Shown here piece after piece: positions 37,836 to 47,936 of a stretch of 64,000 nt of DNA; the first letter of the stretch is position 1, and the number at the start of each line of letters is the position of its first letter. Under the pieces are notes generated by a model, which searched no databases, was not told the DNA's origin, and saw only the letters and a program-made list of their open reading frames with translations. A program made the position numbers and the translations under genes. This DNA comes from a virus: positions 3,103-67,102 of the IMG/VR virus record IMGVR_UViG_3300036761_001387, one strand, 5' to 3'.

Positions 37836-38945
37836 GTGGGGCGGCCGTACGAAGCCGGCCTCGACGCGCTGACCCTCGCGGACTACACGGGGCTGGGCAC
37901 GGCGGTCGCCGCGGCCGGATCGGCCAAGATCGCCTACGACAACGTGCTGAAGTCGTTCGTCTACTCGATCGACGGAGGCGCGTGGACGCCGATGAGCTTG
38001 AGTGGAAGCACCGTGGGCCCTGACAACATCTTCGGCTGGGCCGGGCTTTCCTACCCGTACAACAACGGCTCGGTCACGGACGTCACGATTTCGGGCGCCA
38101 CGACCTACGACAACACGACGCACCCCGGCGGCATCCTCCGCTGCCGGAAGCTGACGATCAACGCGAGCGTGACGCTCCGGATCAAATGCACGCCGTTCTA
38201 CATCTTCTGCGACGAACTGTACGGCGCGGGCGCGTCGGCCGTCATCGACATCTCCGGCTTCACCGGCGTCGGAACGGAAGAGGCGTGGAGCGCGCTCGGC
38301 GGGCGCGTCGCGACGACGGGCGGCAACGCCAAGGGCGGCAACGGCGGCGGGATTCTCTTCATCGTCTGCAACAAGACGACCGGCACGGCCATCACGATCA
38401 GGGCCGACGGCGGAGCCGGGGCCTTCTCGGGAACGAACGTGGCCGGGGCCATGATGGGCGGCGAGGGAGCCCTCGGCGCGAACCGCTACAGCGCGGCTGC
38501 AGTCTCCGAGAAGTGGACCGGGACGAACACCGGGTCCTCCTCGGCCTACCTCGGCGAATACCTCGGGACGGGCGGCGGCGACATGGCCCTCCCCGGCGGA
38601 TCCTTCGGGGGCTCGGGCGGCGTGGCTACCGACAAGGCGGCCGGCGGCTCCGGGATCGGCGGAGGCGGAGGGACCGGCGGCGCGCTCGGCGTAGCCGCCG
38701 CCGCGCGCATCATGCCGCCCCCGAACGTCGTCTACACCCTCGCCGAGTCGGGCTGCATGGGAGGCGGGGGCGGAGCGGCGACGAGCAACGGCCCCTCCAC
38801 CGGCGGCGGAGGCGGAGGGGCGGTCTGCGTCTGGAGAAAGTCGACCGGCTCGACCGTCGCCCACACGCTTTCGGCCGCCGCAGGATCCGGTTCCGGAGGC
38901 CACGCGGGCGGCGTCGGCATCACCTACGACACGGTGCTGGCATGA
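37836..38945 (+). CDS. Glycine-rich fibre/spike-like protein
   Basis: Multiple GGGG motifs with beta-rich spacers. Confidence 0.7.
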   Translation: MGRPYEAGLDALTLADYTGLGTAVAAAGSAKIAYDNVLKSFVYSIDGGAWTPMSLSGSTVGPDNIFGWAGLSYPYNNGSVTDVTISGATTYDNTTHPGGILRCRKLTINASVTLRIKCTPFYIFCDELYGAGASAVIDISGFTGVGTEEAWSALGGRVATTGGNAKGGNGGGILFIVCNKTTGTAITIRADGGAGAFSGTNVAGAMMGGEGALGANRYSAAAVSEKWTGTNTGSSSAYLGEYLGTGGGDMALPGGSFGGSGGVATDKAAGGSGIGGGGGTGGALGVAAAARIMPPPNVVYTLAESGCMGGGGGAATSNGPSTGGGGGGAVCVWRKSTGSTVAHTLSAAAGSGSGGHAGGVGITYDTVLA

Positions 38946-39048
38946 GAACGAAGGGAGAAGAGTAGATGGCAGAGATCACGATCGAGGTCCCGGACGCCAT
39001 CGACTTGTCCCAGCCCGTGGGGCTGAAGGTCGTGAAAGTAGGACCCTG

Positions 39049-39351
39049 ATGAAAATCACGCTCAATACGATCCTCCTCGACGTCTACGGCAAGGAAATCT
39101 CCGATCCCGCCGACAAGATCCCGCTCACGGTCGGCAAGGCGGCGGTCGCCGCGCTCTGCGCCGGCGGCCCGGACGAGAAGATCACGGGGGCGGAGAAGTT
39201 CAAGCGCTGGCAGCTCGCCCAGAAGATCGCCGGCGTCCTCGAGGCCGAACTCACGGTGGAAGAGGTCGCACTCATCAAGAAGGTCTCGGGCGAGGTCTGG
39301 GGGATCGTCGTGGTCGGACCGCTCTGGCTGGCCTTGGAGACCACGAACTGA
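39049..39351 (+). CDS. Hypothetical protein, fibre-associated chaperone-like
   Basis: EKFKRWQLAQKI...LTVEEVALIK pattern seen next to fibre genes. Confidence 0.55.
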   Translation: MKITLNTILLDVYGKEISDPADKIPLTVGKAAVAALCAGGPDEKITGAEKFKRWQLAQKIAGVLEAELTVEEVALIKKVSGEVWGIVVVGPLWLALETTN

Positions 39352-42086
39352 TGGGCCAGAAAGTCGGGAAGCCCGGGGACCTGCGGATCAGCGTCCAGTT
39401 CTGGCCGAAGCAGCGCCAGTTCTGGGAGCTGATCGACCGCTCGGAGAATCTCTGGATCGCCTACGGCGGGGCGAAAGGCGGCGGCAAGGCTAACCCATGT
39501 GACTGCAACGTTTACACGCCATCTGGTCCGGCGAAAATGGGCGATCTGAACACGGGGGATCTCGTCTCTTGCCCGGATGGTTCGACGGCGAAAGTGCTGG
39601 CGATCTGGCCCCACCCGAAGACGGACGTTTACCGCGTCACGTTCGATGACGGTGCGTCGGTCGAGGCCACGCTGAATCACCTCTGGAAGGTCCGCGGCGC
39701 GGGCACGCGGCGCTACGACGGCAAGAACGACCACTCGCGCAAGCCGGGCGATCACCAGTGGTCCGTCATCGATACGGCGACGCTGAAGAAGACCATCGAT
39801 TCCGGCAAGCGCGTCTACATCCCGTTGACCAAGCCGGTCGAATTTGAGCGCTCGGCGAATCTCCCGCTCGCGCCCTACGTTCTCGGTGCGCTATTGGGCG
39901 ACGGGAGCCTACAGGCGCTCGTTGCGAAGGAGCGGGTCGATCTCGTGAAGGTGGCCGGTGGCGAGACCGAGGGGCGGTACCGCGGCACCTACGCCTACGA
40001 CCGCGTCCGCATGACGTCGGCCGATCCGGAGATCGTCGCGCGCTGCGCCGAGCTGGGGGCGACGCCGTGGTCGGATCTTCCCAAGAAGAACAACCTCGCC
40101 CGCGAATACGGATTTGATCAAGTTGTCGCCGGCTCAATCCGGGATCTCGGCCTCGCCGGGAAGAAGGCTTGGGAGAAGTTCGTCCCGAAGCAGTACCTGA
40201 TCGCGCCCATCGCCGATCGGGAGGAACTGCTTCGCGGTCTGATGGACACCGACGGATCGGCCGACAAGAGGGGCCACGCGTACTTCGGCACCTCCTCTCG
40301 CCAGCTCGCCGAGGACGTCCAGTGGCTGGCCCGTTCGCTCGGCTACAAGGCGAACCTGACGTCTTTCACCCCAACGTACTTCTGGAAGAAGGAGAAGCGT
40401 TCGGGCCGACTGGCCTTTAGGGTCTGGATCAAGGGCCAGAACCACGAGAACCTCTTCTCGTTGCCGCGGAAGAAAGAGCGGGCGACCCTCCCGTACGGCG
40501 GCCGGAAAGAGAACGGCGCGAACGAGGCTGCGCGGGGCCGTCGCGTTATGGCCGTCGAGTTCTCGCGCAACACCGACTGTCGCTGCATCACGATCGGGCA
40601 TCCCGATGGCCTCTACGTCGCCGACGACTTCGTCGTGACGCACAACTCGGTTGCGCTCCGCGGCATCCTCCTGTCGCTCCTCGTGAAGTACAGGGGGATG
40701 ACCGCGCTCCTCCTGCGGAAGACGTACGAGGAGGTCTACAACAACCACGTCCTGAAGTTCTGGACGGAGTACCCCGAACTCGAGCAGTACTACGCCAAGA
40801 ACGAGAAGATCCTGCACCTCCCCAACGGCTCGAAGCTCTTCATCGGCTCGGGCGACAAGGAAGGCGACGTCCGGCGGTACAACGGGATGGCCGACTTCGC
40901 TCTCATCGGTGTCGATCAGGCCGAGGAGTTCAGCGAGGAAGATCTGGGGACTCTCGCGTCGTGCGTCCGGTCGACGATCCGGGGCTTCACGCCAAAAGTC
41001 GCTCTGACCTTCAACCCGGGAGGGCAAGGTCACGCGCACCTCAAACGGGTCTTCCTCGACCGCGAGTTCCTCACACACGAGAGTCCCGAGGACTATGCCC
41101 CGCTCCTGCGCGCGTTCGGCTGGGACAACTACGAGTGGGTGCGGCCAGAGGCCGAGGCCGAGAAGGTCGACTCGAAGGTCTATTTCGGTTGGCCCGAGGA
41201 GGAGCGGAAGAAGTTCTTCCTCACCACCAAGTACGGGCGGCAGCTCCTCGGCCTTGCCCCCGACCTGCAGTCAAAGTACCTCTGGGGGTCGTTTGACCTC
41301 TTCGAGGGCCAGTTCTTCCACAAGTTCGACGTCAACCGCGTCGGCTACCTGCCGCACGAGGTGCAGCCCGAGTCGTACTGGCCGCGGTGGATCTCGATCG
41401 ACGGCGGCTACGACCACCCGTCGGCCGTCTACTGGCACACGACGCCGGACGGGAAGCGCGTCTTCACGCTCAACGAGTTCGTGCAGTCGCGCCTCGAGCC
41501 GTCCGAACTGGGCCATGCCATCGCGAAGCTGACGCTCTTCGACGCGATGGGCAAGCCGCTCGACCCGAAGCCCGAGATCACCGACGTCATCCTGTCGCAC
41601 GACTGGTTCCGCGCCGACCACACCGTCAAGACGCGCGCCGACATCCTCGGCGACGTGCTCCAGAGCTACGGCCTGCCCTTCCCGAAGAACGGCGGGCGCG
41701 ACCGGAAGGGGCGCTACCGGCTGATGAGCCAGATGATGAGCAGCATCGGCCCCGACGGCTTTCCGGACTGGCGGATCGACCGCGTCCGCTGCCCGAAGCT
41801 GATCCGGACGATCCCGCTCTGCATCCGCGACCCGAAGGACGACGACGACGTGCTGAAGTTCGTCGGCGACGACCCGATCGACGGGGCCGGGCAGGGCATC
41901 CAGCAGATCTACATGGAGCCCTACATCCCGAAGGACGTCCGGCTGCAGCGCCGGATGGAGCCGTTCAAGGACGCCGACCCGCACACGCGGGCGATGATGG
42001 CCCGAATCGCGGCGGCCGACGACAAGAAGAACGACTTGGCGTTCGTTTCTCTCAGACGAGCCTACAGAAACGGAGGAGTGAGCTGA
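39351..42086 (+). CDS. terL: Terminase large subunit containing an intein
   Basis: Walker A GGAKGGGK|S, Walker B IGVDQAEE, TFNPGG, nuclease SIDGGYDHP...DDPIDG. Confidence 0.93.
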   Translation: MGQKVGKPGDLRISVQFWPKQRQFWELIDRSENLWIAYGGAKGGGKANPCDCNVYTPSGPAKMGDLNTGDLVSCPDGSTAKVLAIWPHPKTDVYRVTFDDGASVEATLNHLWKVRGAGTRRYDGKNDHSRKPGDHQWSVIDTATLKKTIDSGKRVYIPLTKPVEFERSANLPLAPYVLGALLGDGSLQALVAKERVDLVKVAGGETEGRYRGTYAYDRVRMTSADPEIVARCAELGATPWSDLPKKNNLAREYGFDQVVAGSIRDLGLAGKKAWEKFVPKQYLIAPIADREELLRGLMDTDGSADKRGHAYFGTSSRQLAEDVQWLARSLGYKANLTSFTPTYFWKKEKRSGRLAFRVWIKGQNHENLFSLPRKKERATLPYGGRKENGANEAARGRRVMAVEFSRNTDCRCITIGHPDGLYVADDFVVTHNSVALRGILLSLLVKYRGMTALLLRKTYEEVYNNHVLKFWTEYPELEQYYAKNEKILHLPNGSKLFIGSGDKEGDVRRYNGMADFALIGVDQAEEFSEEDLGTLASCVRSTIRGFTPKVALTFNPGGQGHAHLKRVFLDREFLTHESPEDYAPLLRAFGWDNYEWVRPEAEAEKVDSKVYFGWPEEERKKFFLTTKYGRQLLGLAPDLQSKYLWGSFDLFEGQFFHKFDVNRVGYLPHEVQPESYWPRWISIDGGYDHPSAVYWHTTPDGKRVFTLNEFVQSRLEPSELGHAIAKLTLFDAMGKPLDPKPEITDVILSHDWFRADHTVKTRADILGDVLQSYGLPFPKNGGRDRKGRYRLMSQMMSSIGPDGFPDWRIDRVRCPKLIRTIPLCIRDPKDDDDVLKFVGDDPIDGAGQGIQQIYMEPYIPKDVRLQRRMEPFKDADPHTRAMMARIAAADDKKNDLAFVSLRRAYRNGGVS
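39489..40646 (+). mobile_element. Class 3 intein (386 aa) with LAGLIDADG homing endonuclease
   Basis: Starts with Ala, ends VVTHN|S; WCT triplet (NHLW, CRCI, VTHN); LGALLGDGS and LRGLMDTDGS. Confidence 0.92.
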
Positions 42087-42262
42087 TGCCGCGTGCGTAC
42101 GAACAGGTCAAGCAGAAATTTCTCGATCAGGGTTCTTCACTCAAGGACGCCGAGAAGCGGGCGGCCATGATTTTCAACGGCGTGATTCGCAAGCCCGGCG
42201 AGGTTGCGATGGGGCCGAACTACGAGAAGCGGGCGGCGGCGGCACGAAAGGGCAAGAAGTGA
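42086..42262 (+). CDS. Small basic protein
   Basis: GGAGG RBS, TGATG coupling. Confidence 0.6.
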   Translation: MPRAYEQVKQKFLDQGSSLKDAEKRAAMIFNGVIRKPGEVAMGPNYEKRAAAARKGKK

Positions 42263-42570
42263 TCGTCCACCGGGAGAACCAGAAGCACGAGGAACTCTTC
42301 ACCTGCCCGGTGGAGATCGCGGCCGGGCTGCTCGTCTGCCAGAAAGAGCAGCTCTTCCACGAACCGGCCCGCGTCTTCCGCCTCCTCGGGCCGCAGGTCT
42401 GGTCGGTCTTCTCGGCCTTCTCGAACCTCGAGATCGAGGAAGCGATCAAGGAAGCGCGCGAGAAGGTGACGTACAACATCGTCATCCGGGTCCCGGCCGA
42501 CGGCGAGGTCCCCTCGGACGAGGCGGAGCGCCAGCTCGTCGGGAAGATCGCGAAGGGACGCCCGTGGTGA
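42259..42570 (+). CDS. Hypothetical protein
   Basis: GTGA coupling, codon bias. Confidence 0.6.
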   Translation: MIVHRENQKHEELFTCPVEIAAGLLVCQKEQLFHEPARVFRLLGPQVWSVFSAFSNLEIEEAIKEAREKVTYNIVIRVPADGEVPSDEAERQLVGKIAKGRPW

Positions 42571-42830
42571 AGAAGGGCGAGAAGCCGTCCCAGACCCCGC
42601 GCACGCCGTTCATGCTGCAGATCGTGGACGCGGACGGGGTCCTGCTCACCTTCCGCGGAGGCGGGCCGCTGGAGATCGGGATCGCGGAGGCCTGCGCGAA
42701 GGAGATCGCCCCGATGATCGCGTTCGTCTCGACCCGGAAGCAGCGCGAAGCGGCGATCCTCGAGGGCGTCAAGAGCGTCATCTGGAAGCTAAAACTCGAA
42801 ACGGCGAAGGTCACATAGGACCAATGACAG

Positions 42831-43250
42831 ATGTCCGTCCTGAATCTCAACGAACAGCGCGCCGGGATTCCCGTGATGTGCGCGGTGTGGGACGTCAACA
42901 CCCTCGACTGGGTGAGGATGGTTCAGCCTACGGGCGGTGGTGGCGGCGGGACTCAGGACACGAGGGAGACGAGGCCGGCGAACGCGGCCTGCGCGAACGT
43001 CGCGGCGTCCGTGACGAACGTGACACTCCTCGCGTCCAATTCATCGCGCCGAGCAGCGACCTTCTTCAACGACTCCGCGAGTGCCACCCTTTACCTGAAA
43101 TTCGGTGCGACAGCTTCGACGTCTTCCTTCACGGTGAAACTGGTTCCCGGCGCGTACTTCGAGATTCCGCAACCGTGCTATTCGGGGATCGTGGACGGCT
43201 TGTACGATGCCGCAATTGGCGCGTGCAGAGTCACTGAGGTGACCGACTAA
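42831..43250 (+). CDS. Beta-rich virion accessory protein
   Basis: LLASNSSRRAATFFNDS...LYLKFG pattern. Confidence 0.65.
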   Translation: MSVLNLNEQRAGIPVMCAVWDVNTLDWVRMVQPTGGGGGGTQDTRETRPANAACANVAASVTNVTLLASNSSRRAATFFNDSASATLYLKFGATASTSSFTVKLVPGAYFEIPQPCYSGIVDGLYDAAIGACRVTEVTD

Positions 43251-43251
43251 G

Positions 43252-44190
43252 ATGCCTCTCTACCCTCCCCCCAACGTCGGCGGTGGCGGCATCTCGCTTC
43301 AGGCGGTGACGCCGGGGGTGACCGACACGGGCCACGGGCACATCTCGGGGACGTTCATCGCGGACACCTCCGTCGGCATCGGCGTCACGCCCACCCACAA
43401 GCTCGACATCCTTCAGGTTGACGGAACGGCAGCCCTGAACATCGCGAAGTCCGGGGCCAGCGGTCAGATCCTGATCGGCGACGCGAACGCCATCGCGGGC
43501 AGCTTCGAGCCGTACTACTTCAACTACGTCACCGGGAACCAGTTCAGGCATGCCTCGATGGCCACGGCGGTGGATGCTGGCTCCGACACTGGAACCGTTC
43601 CGCTTTTCACGTTTGATGGCCGCCGGGACGGGGCGGCGCTGGTGAACCGGCCGATCTTCGCCGTGACGAACTACGGTGGGGCGGCGCTGCTTCAGGTTTC
43701 CGCGAACGGCGATGCGGCCATCGGATCGTCTTGGCTGACGGTGGCAAAAAGCGGCGAAACGGTCACGCTGACGAGCGCCAGCACCTACACAGCCCTAACG
43801 CAGATAAACTTCCTATTCGCCGGGCCGAAAGTAAGCGGCGGGCTGACGAACATCTGGTTTGATAGCGCCGCGCAGTTGATGACCGATGCGCTCTCATTAA
43901 GGATCGGAGCGGTGGCGGGGACCGCCTTAAGCATTTCAGCCGCCTTAATCGGATGTAGAGATACCGCAGTCTTCGGGTGGAGCAACGACGGGAATCCGGC
44001 CGGCACCGCCGACATCGGCCTCTCCCGCTCCTCCGCTGGCATCTTGCAAGTCGGCGACGGCGCGGCGAATGATAACGGCGCCTTGAAACTGACAGAACTG
44101 AAATTCCACGACGGCACCTCGCAGACGACCGCCGCGACAGGCGGCAGCTTCAACCCCGTGGCTGACCCCTTCATTCTGGCGGTGAGCTGA
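43252..44190 (+). CDS. Tail-fibre-like protein
   Basis: SVGIGVTPTHKLDI and DIGLSRSSAGILQVGDG fibre motifs. Confidence 0.7.
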   Translation: MPLYPPPNVGGGGISLQAVTPGVTDTGHGHISGTFIADTSVGIGVTPTHKLDILQVDGTAALNIAKSGASGQILIGDANAIAGSFEPYYFNYVTGNQFRHASMATAVDAGSDTGTVPLFTFDGRRDGAALVNRPIFAVTNYGGAALLQVSANGDAAIGSSWLTVAKSGETVTLTSASTYTALTQINFLFAGPKVSGGLTNIWFDSAAQLMTDALSLRIGAVAGTALSISAALIGCRDTAVFGWSNDGNPAGTADIGLSRSSAGILQVGDGAANDNGALKLTELKFHDGTSQTTAATGGSFNPVADPFILAVS

Positions 44191-44519
44191 TGGCGAACAC
44201 CCTGATGCCGGTCGCCGCCCTGCAGCTCACGACGGGCTTCCAGACCGTCTACACGGTCCCGGCCGTCACGGTCTTCACCTGCGCCGTGATCCACATCGCG
44301 AACACGACCGCCAGCCCGATCACCGTCGAGATCTGTCTCGTCCCGAGCGCCGGGTCCCCGACCGCAGCGAACGCCCTCGCGTGGGACTTCTCGATCGCCG
44401 CGAACGACTTCATCGAGTTCGCCAAGGGCGACATCTGGCCCGCCCAGTCGACCCTTCAGGCGAAGGCTTCGGCTGGAACCTCCGCCGTGTTAAAGCTTTC
44501 TGGAGTGGAGACGACGTAG
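44190..44519 (+). CDS. Small beta-sandwich virion protein
   Basis: TVYTVPA...IHIANTT...LSGVE pattern. Confidence 0.65.
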   Translation: MANTLMPVAALQLTTGFQTVYTVPAVTVFTCAVIHIANTTASPITVEICLVPSAGSPTAANALAWDFSIAANDFIEFAKGDIWPAQSTLQAKASAGTSAVLKLSGVETT

Positions 44520-44917
44520 TGGCGCTTCAATTCTCGGTCGCCGCGAGGAACAACAGGCTCGATACCTTCGAGTCTTCCGTCGGCGTGAACGCGAAGCTCT
44601 ACCTCTTCTCGGGCGCCGTCCCGGCCAACTGCGCCGCGGCGGATCCCGCCGGGCTGCTCGCGATGATCGTCCTCCCGGGCGACTGGATGGCCGCGGCCTC
44701 GGGAGGCACGAAGGCGAAGTCCGGCGTCTGGGCCGCCACGGCGATCGACGCGGGCACGATCCAGTCCTTCCGCATCAAGGACTCGACCGGCACGGTCTGC
44801 CACGCACAGGGCACCGTCGGCACCGGGAGCGGCGACCTTTCTCTCGACAACGCCGCGGTCATCATCGGGAAGGTTGTCACCGTGACTGGCCTCGTCATAA
44901 CAGATGGGAACGCGTAG
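44519..44917 (+). CDS. Virion structural protein
   Basis: ARNNRLD...LFSGAVPANC...SFRI...QGTVG pattern. Confidence 0.65.
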   Translation: MALQFSVAARNNRLDTFESSVGVNAKLYLFSGAVPANCAAADPAGLLAMIVLPGDWMAAASGGTKAKSGVWAATAIDAGTIQSFRIKDSTGTVCHAQGTVGTGSGDLSLDNAAVIIGKVVTVTGLVITDGNA

Positions 44918-44926
44918 GAGGACATC

Positions 44927-45355
44927 TTGGCGATTTACTCATTGGCGAACAGAACCACAAACGTCACGACGGCACAGGCCGCGATCGAACTCATCGCCGG
45001 CGCGACGCACCGCTACCGTCTGCTCGAGACGGGGACCTTCGGGGCGGCGGCTACGGCCTCCGTCTTCCTCTTCGGTCGCCCCGCAGCCATCGGCGTCACG
45101 CCGACGACGCCGATCCTGCTCCTCCCCGAGGAAACGTCCGACGCGGCCCCGGAGTGCAAGACGGCGCTCGCGTGGGGCACGTCGCCCACGCCACCGACGG
45201 CTGCGATGCGCCGGATCAACCTTCCGGCGACGATCGGGGCCGGGATCATCCTGACGTTCCCGCGCGGGATCTCGGTTGCGCTGAACGGGACGCTCATCTA
45301 CAGCAACAGCGGCGCGACCGGCGTGCAAGATCTCTATTTCGTCGCGGACGAATGA
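44927..45355 (+). CDS. Beta-sandwich protein, paralog pair 1a
   Basis: AGGAGG RBS; aligns with 45584..46018. Confidence 0.7.
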   Translation: MAIYSLANRTTNVTTAQAAIELIAGATHRYRLLETGTFGAAATASVFLFGRPAAIGVTPTTPILLLPEETSDAAPECKTALAWGTSPTPPTAAMRRINLPATIGAGIILTFPRGISVALNGTLIYSNSGATGVQDLYFVADE

Positions 45356-45582
45356 TGGATACCGTTAAGGAAATGGTCTGCAGCCGCTGCTACCGGGCAT
45401 TCATGCTGCCGGCCAAGACGACGTGGCTCACGGGGGAGCGGATGCCGTGTCCTTTCTGCAAGTCGACGGACACGACGCCGATGCTGAAGCTGCAGGTGGA
45501 CGGTCGAAAACTCGAGTCCTTCACCTTCAAGAGCCCGAACGACATCAAGGAAACCCGCGAACGCCTGATCGAAGGAGCATGA
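45352..45582 (+). CDS. Zinc-ribbon protein
   Basis: CSRC...CPFC; ATGA coupling. Confidence 0.6.
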   Translation: MMDTVKEMVCSRCYRAFMLPAKTTWLTGERMPCPFCKSTDTTPMLKLQVDGRKLESFTFKSPNDIKETRERLIEGA

Positions 45583-45583
45583 C

Positions 45584-46018
45584 GTGGCACGTTACGACCT
45601 TGGTTTCCGCACCTTGGACGGCACTGTGAGCCTTCCCGCCGCGGAGATCCGCTCGACGTCCAGCGACAAGCCCCGGCTTCTCGAGCTTGGGATGCTGCAG
45701 GCCGCAGCCGCGGCCTCGGCCCTGAACATCGGGATCGGCGTCCCGGCCGCGCTCGGGATCGGGCCGATCTCGGTCACGAAGATGCTCGCGGAGGAGACGG
45801 CCGACCCGAATGCCCCGTGCGTCATCGCGACCCAGTGGACGACAAAGCCGACGATCCCGAACGCCTTCTACCGGAGGGTCGGAGCAGCCACGGGGATCGG
45901 CAACGGCATCATCCTCGGCTTCCCGCGCGGCCTGACCATCGCCGTCTCGTCCTCTCTCGTCCTCTGGAACATCCTCGCCAACAGTCTTCTCGACTGCCAC
46001 GTCACCATCGGAGAATGA
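45584..46018 (+). CDS. Beta-sandwich protein, paralog pair 1b
   Basis: RLLE.G...EET.D...W.T.PT.P...RR...IG.GIIL.FPRG shared with 1a. Confidence 0.7.
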   Translation: MARYDLGFRTLDGTVSLPAAEIRSTSSDKPRLLELGMLQAAAAASALNIGIGVPAALGIGPISVTKMLAEETADPNAPCVIATQWTTKPTIPNAFYRRVGAATGIGNGIILGFPRGLTIAVSSSLVLWNILANSLLDCHVTIGE

Positions 46019-46019
46019 G

Positions 46020-46487
46020 TTGAGCCAGCACTACCCCCTGTTACTGAGTGTGGCGCTCCGGCGCAGGGACGACCGCGAGCTGGAGTACCAGATCGGCGAC
46101 CCAGTCGTTAGCGAAGGACTGAATTACTGGCCGCCGTGGGTTGACCCGCAGGTTTTCTACGCCGGCACCTACGACGGGGTCGGCGGCGTTGGCGGCGTGC
46201 TTTCGCTTCAGCCCATGTGGGATGACCGCATCCGCTACGGCGGCTGGTCGAACTTCCCCTACCGCATCACGGGGATCGTTCAGGACTCCGGCGGCACGCC
46301 CATCTCGAACGCCGTCTGCTCGCTCTTCCGGACCTCCGACAACCAGTTCATGTACAGCGCCGTGTCGAAGGACGGCGGGCAGTACGACTTCGGCGTCGAC
46401 GACACCGTGACTCGTTATTACATCGTGGCGTACCGCGCCGGACCAGACCTCGAAGGCACGACTTCCAACCAGTTGGTGGGGAGCTGA
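46020..46487 (+). CDS. Protein with carboxypeptidase-regulatory-like beta domain
   Basis: ITGIVQDSGGTPISNAVCSLF...GQYDF. Confidence 0.65.
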   Translation: MSQHYPLLLSVALRRRDDRELEYQIGDPVVSEGLNYWPPWVDPQVFYAGTYDGVGGVGGVLSLQPMWDDRIRYGGWSNFPYRITGIVQDSGGTPISNAVCSLFRTSDNQFMYSAVSKDGGQYDFGVDDTVTRYYIVAYRAGPDLEGTTSNQLVGS

Positions 46488-46807
46488 TGGCAGACCCAGC
46501 CTTCACGGTCGTCCTGAACGCCGGCGAGGCCTCTCCGGCCACGATCACGCTGCGGGGCCGGCCGTCACCGCTCGCGGCGCTGACCTTCGTCGCCATCAAC
46601 CTCTTCGTGGGCGAGGTCAGCCCGACGACGATCACGCTCTGGGGCGACAGCCCCCTCGGCTACGCGATGGGCCAGCTCTCGAGGACGCTGGACGACTCGA
46701 CCCTGACCGCCACCGGCACGGTCACCGCGGGCGGCGGGACCGGCGTGAACCCCGCCCGACGCGTCTCGGGCTCTCCACCGACAAAACGCTCCGGCAGCGG
46801 GGCATAA
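46487..46807 (+). CDS. Hypothetical protein with internal repeat
   Basis: GEASPATITLRG..SPL and GEVSPTTITLWGDSPL. Confidence 0.6.
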   Translation: MADPAFTVVLNAGEASPATITLRGRPSPLAALTFVAINLFVGEVSPTTITLWGDSPLGYAMGQLSRTLDDSTLTATGTVTAGGGTGVNPARRVSGSPPTKRSGSGA

Positions 46808-46817
46808 GGAGGATTTC

Positions 46818-47144
46818 ATGGTGTTCTACGAGCACGACAAGGATCTGAAGATCGTGGTGGCGAAGGATCTCATCCAAGCCGCCCTGAAGATCCAGAGTCA
46901 GCGACTCTTCAACGATACCGAGGAGGGCTTCAAGGCGATGGGTCCGGAGATCTACGCGATCTTCGCGAACTTCTCGGCGGGCGAGATCAGCGACGCCTGT
47001 CTCGAGGCCGAGAAGCAGAAGGTGGACTTCGTCTCGCTCGAGGCCGTTAAGGTCTCCAAGGCCGAGGCCGCTGCGGCCGTCATCGAAGCCGCCAAGGTCG
47101 CCGAAACGAAAGCAACAGCAACGACCGAAAAGGTCACGAATTAA
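46818..47144 (+). CDS. Hypothetical protein
   Basis: AAGGAGG RBS. Confidence 0.7.
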   Translation: MVFYEHDKDLKIVVAKDLIQAALKIQSQRLFNDTEEGFKAMGPEIYAIFANFSAGEISDACLEAEKQKVDFVSLEAVKVSKAEAAAAVIEAAKVAETKATATTEKVTN

Positions 47145-47168
47145 CGGATAACTAAAGGAGGAATTCAC

Positions 47169-47906
47169 ATGGCACTTCTCGGAGCAGGAACCCCATATCT
47201 CCTCGCGCAGCAGTCGACTGGCTGGCAGTTCGACAACACCAACTTCGACTTCGTGCCCGCCAGCGGCACGAACACCATTCAGGACATGGCCCGCGGCATC
47301 GGGCGGCAGGCGGGATCCGGCCTCCTGATCGGGCGCGCTCTCGTGAACCAGATGGTGCCGCCCGGCATCGCGATGATCCAGACGGTGATGGGGGCTGAGA
47401 CCAACACCTTCACCGCGCGTCAGGACATCAAGGGCACCGTCATCAACACGATGACGATCGGCGACGGCACGCAGACGAACGCGACCTTCCCGGCCGGCGC
47501 TCTCAACGTCCTCGGCCGGACGATCCGCGTGCGTGGAGGCGGGAACTGGGGCGCGACCGCGACCCCGAACTTCACCCTCGACGTGTCGCTCGGAGCCGGC
47601 GTCCTCGCCACGACCTCGGTCTGCGCGCTGGCGGCCATCACCACGCCGCAGAACTTCGCCTTCGACTTCATCTCGACCTGCACGACGATCGGCGCCTCCG
47701 GCGTGATGACCTCGGCCGGGATCTTCCAAGGCCAGATCACGACGATCACGACGTTCCCGATCGCGATGACGAACACCGTGGTGGGCACCGGCCTGACGGC
47801 CGACCTGACGACCGCGCTCGCCCTGAGCGTCGGCGTGACGTGGGGCGCGTCGAACGCCCTGAACCGCGTCAGGCTCACCAACCTCGTCGTCGAAATCCTC
47901 TACTAA
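47169..47906 (+). CDS. Virion protein, paralog pair 2a
   Basis: AAGGAGG RBS; aligns with 47937..48686. Confidence 0.75.
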   Translation: MALLGAGTPYLLAQQSTGWQFDNTNFDFVPASGTNTIQDMARGIGRQAGSGLLIGRALVNQMVPPGIAMIQTVMGAETNTFTARQDIKGTVINTMTIGDGTQTNATFPAGALNVLGRTIRVRGGGNWGATATPNFTLDVSLGAGVLATTSVCALAAITTPQNFAFDFISTCTTIGASGVMTSAGIFQGQITTITTFPIAMTNTVVGTGLTADLTTALALSVGVTWGASNALNRVRLTNLVVEILY

Positions 47907-47936
47907 CAGGACTTCAAGGAAAAAGGAGAAACGCAC

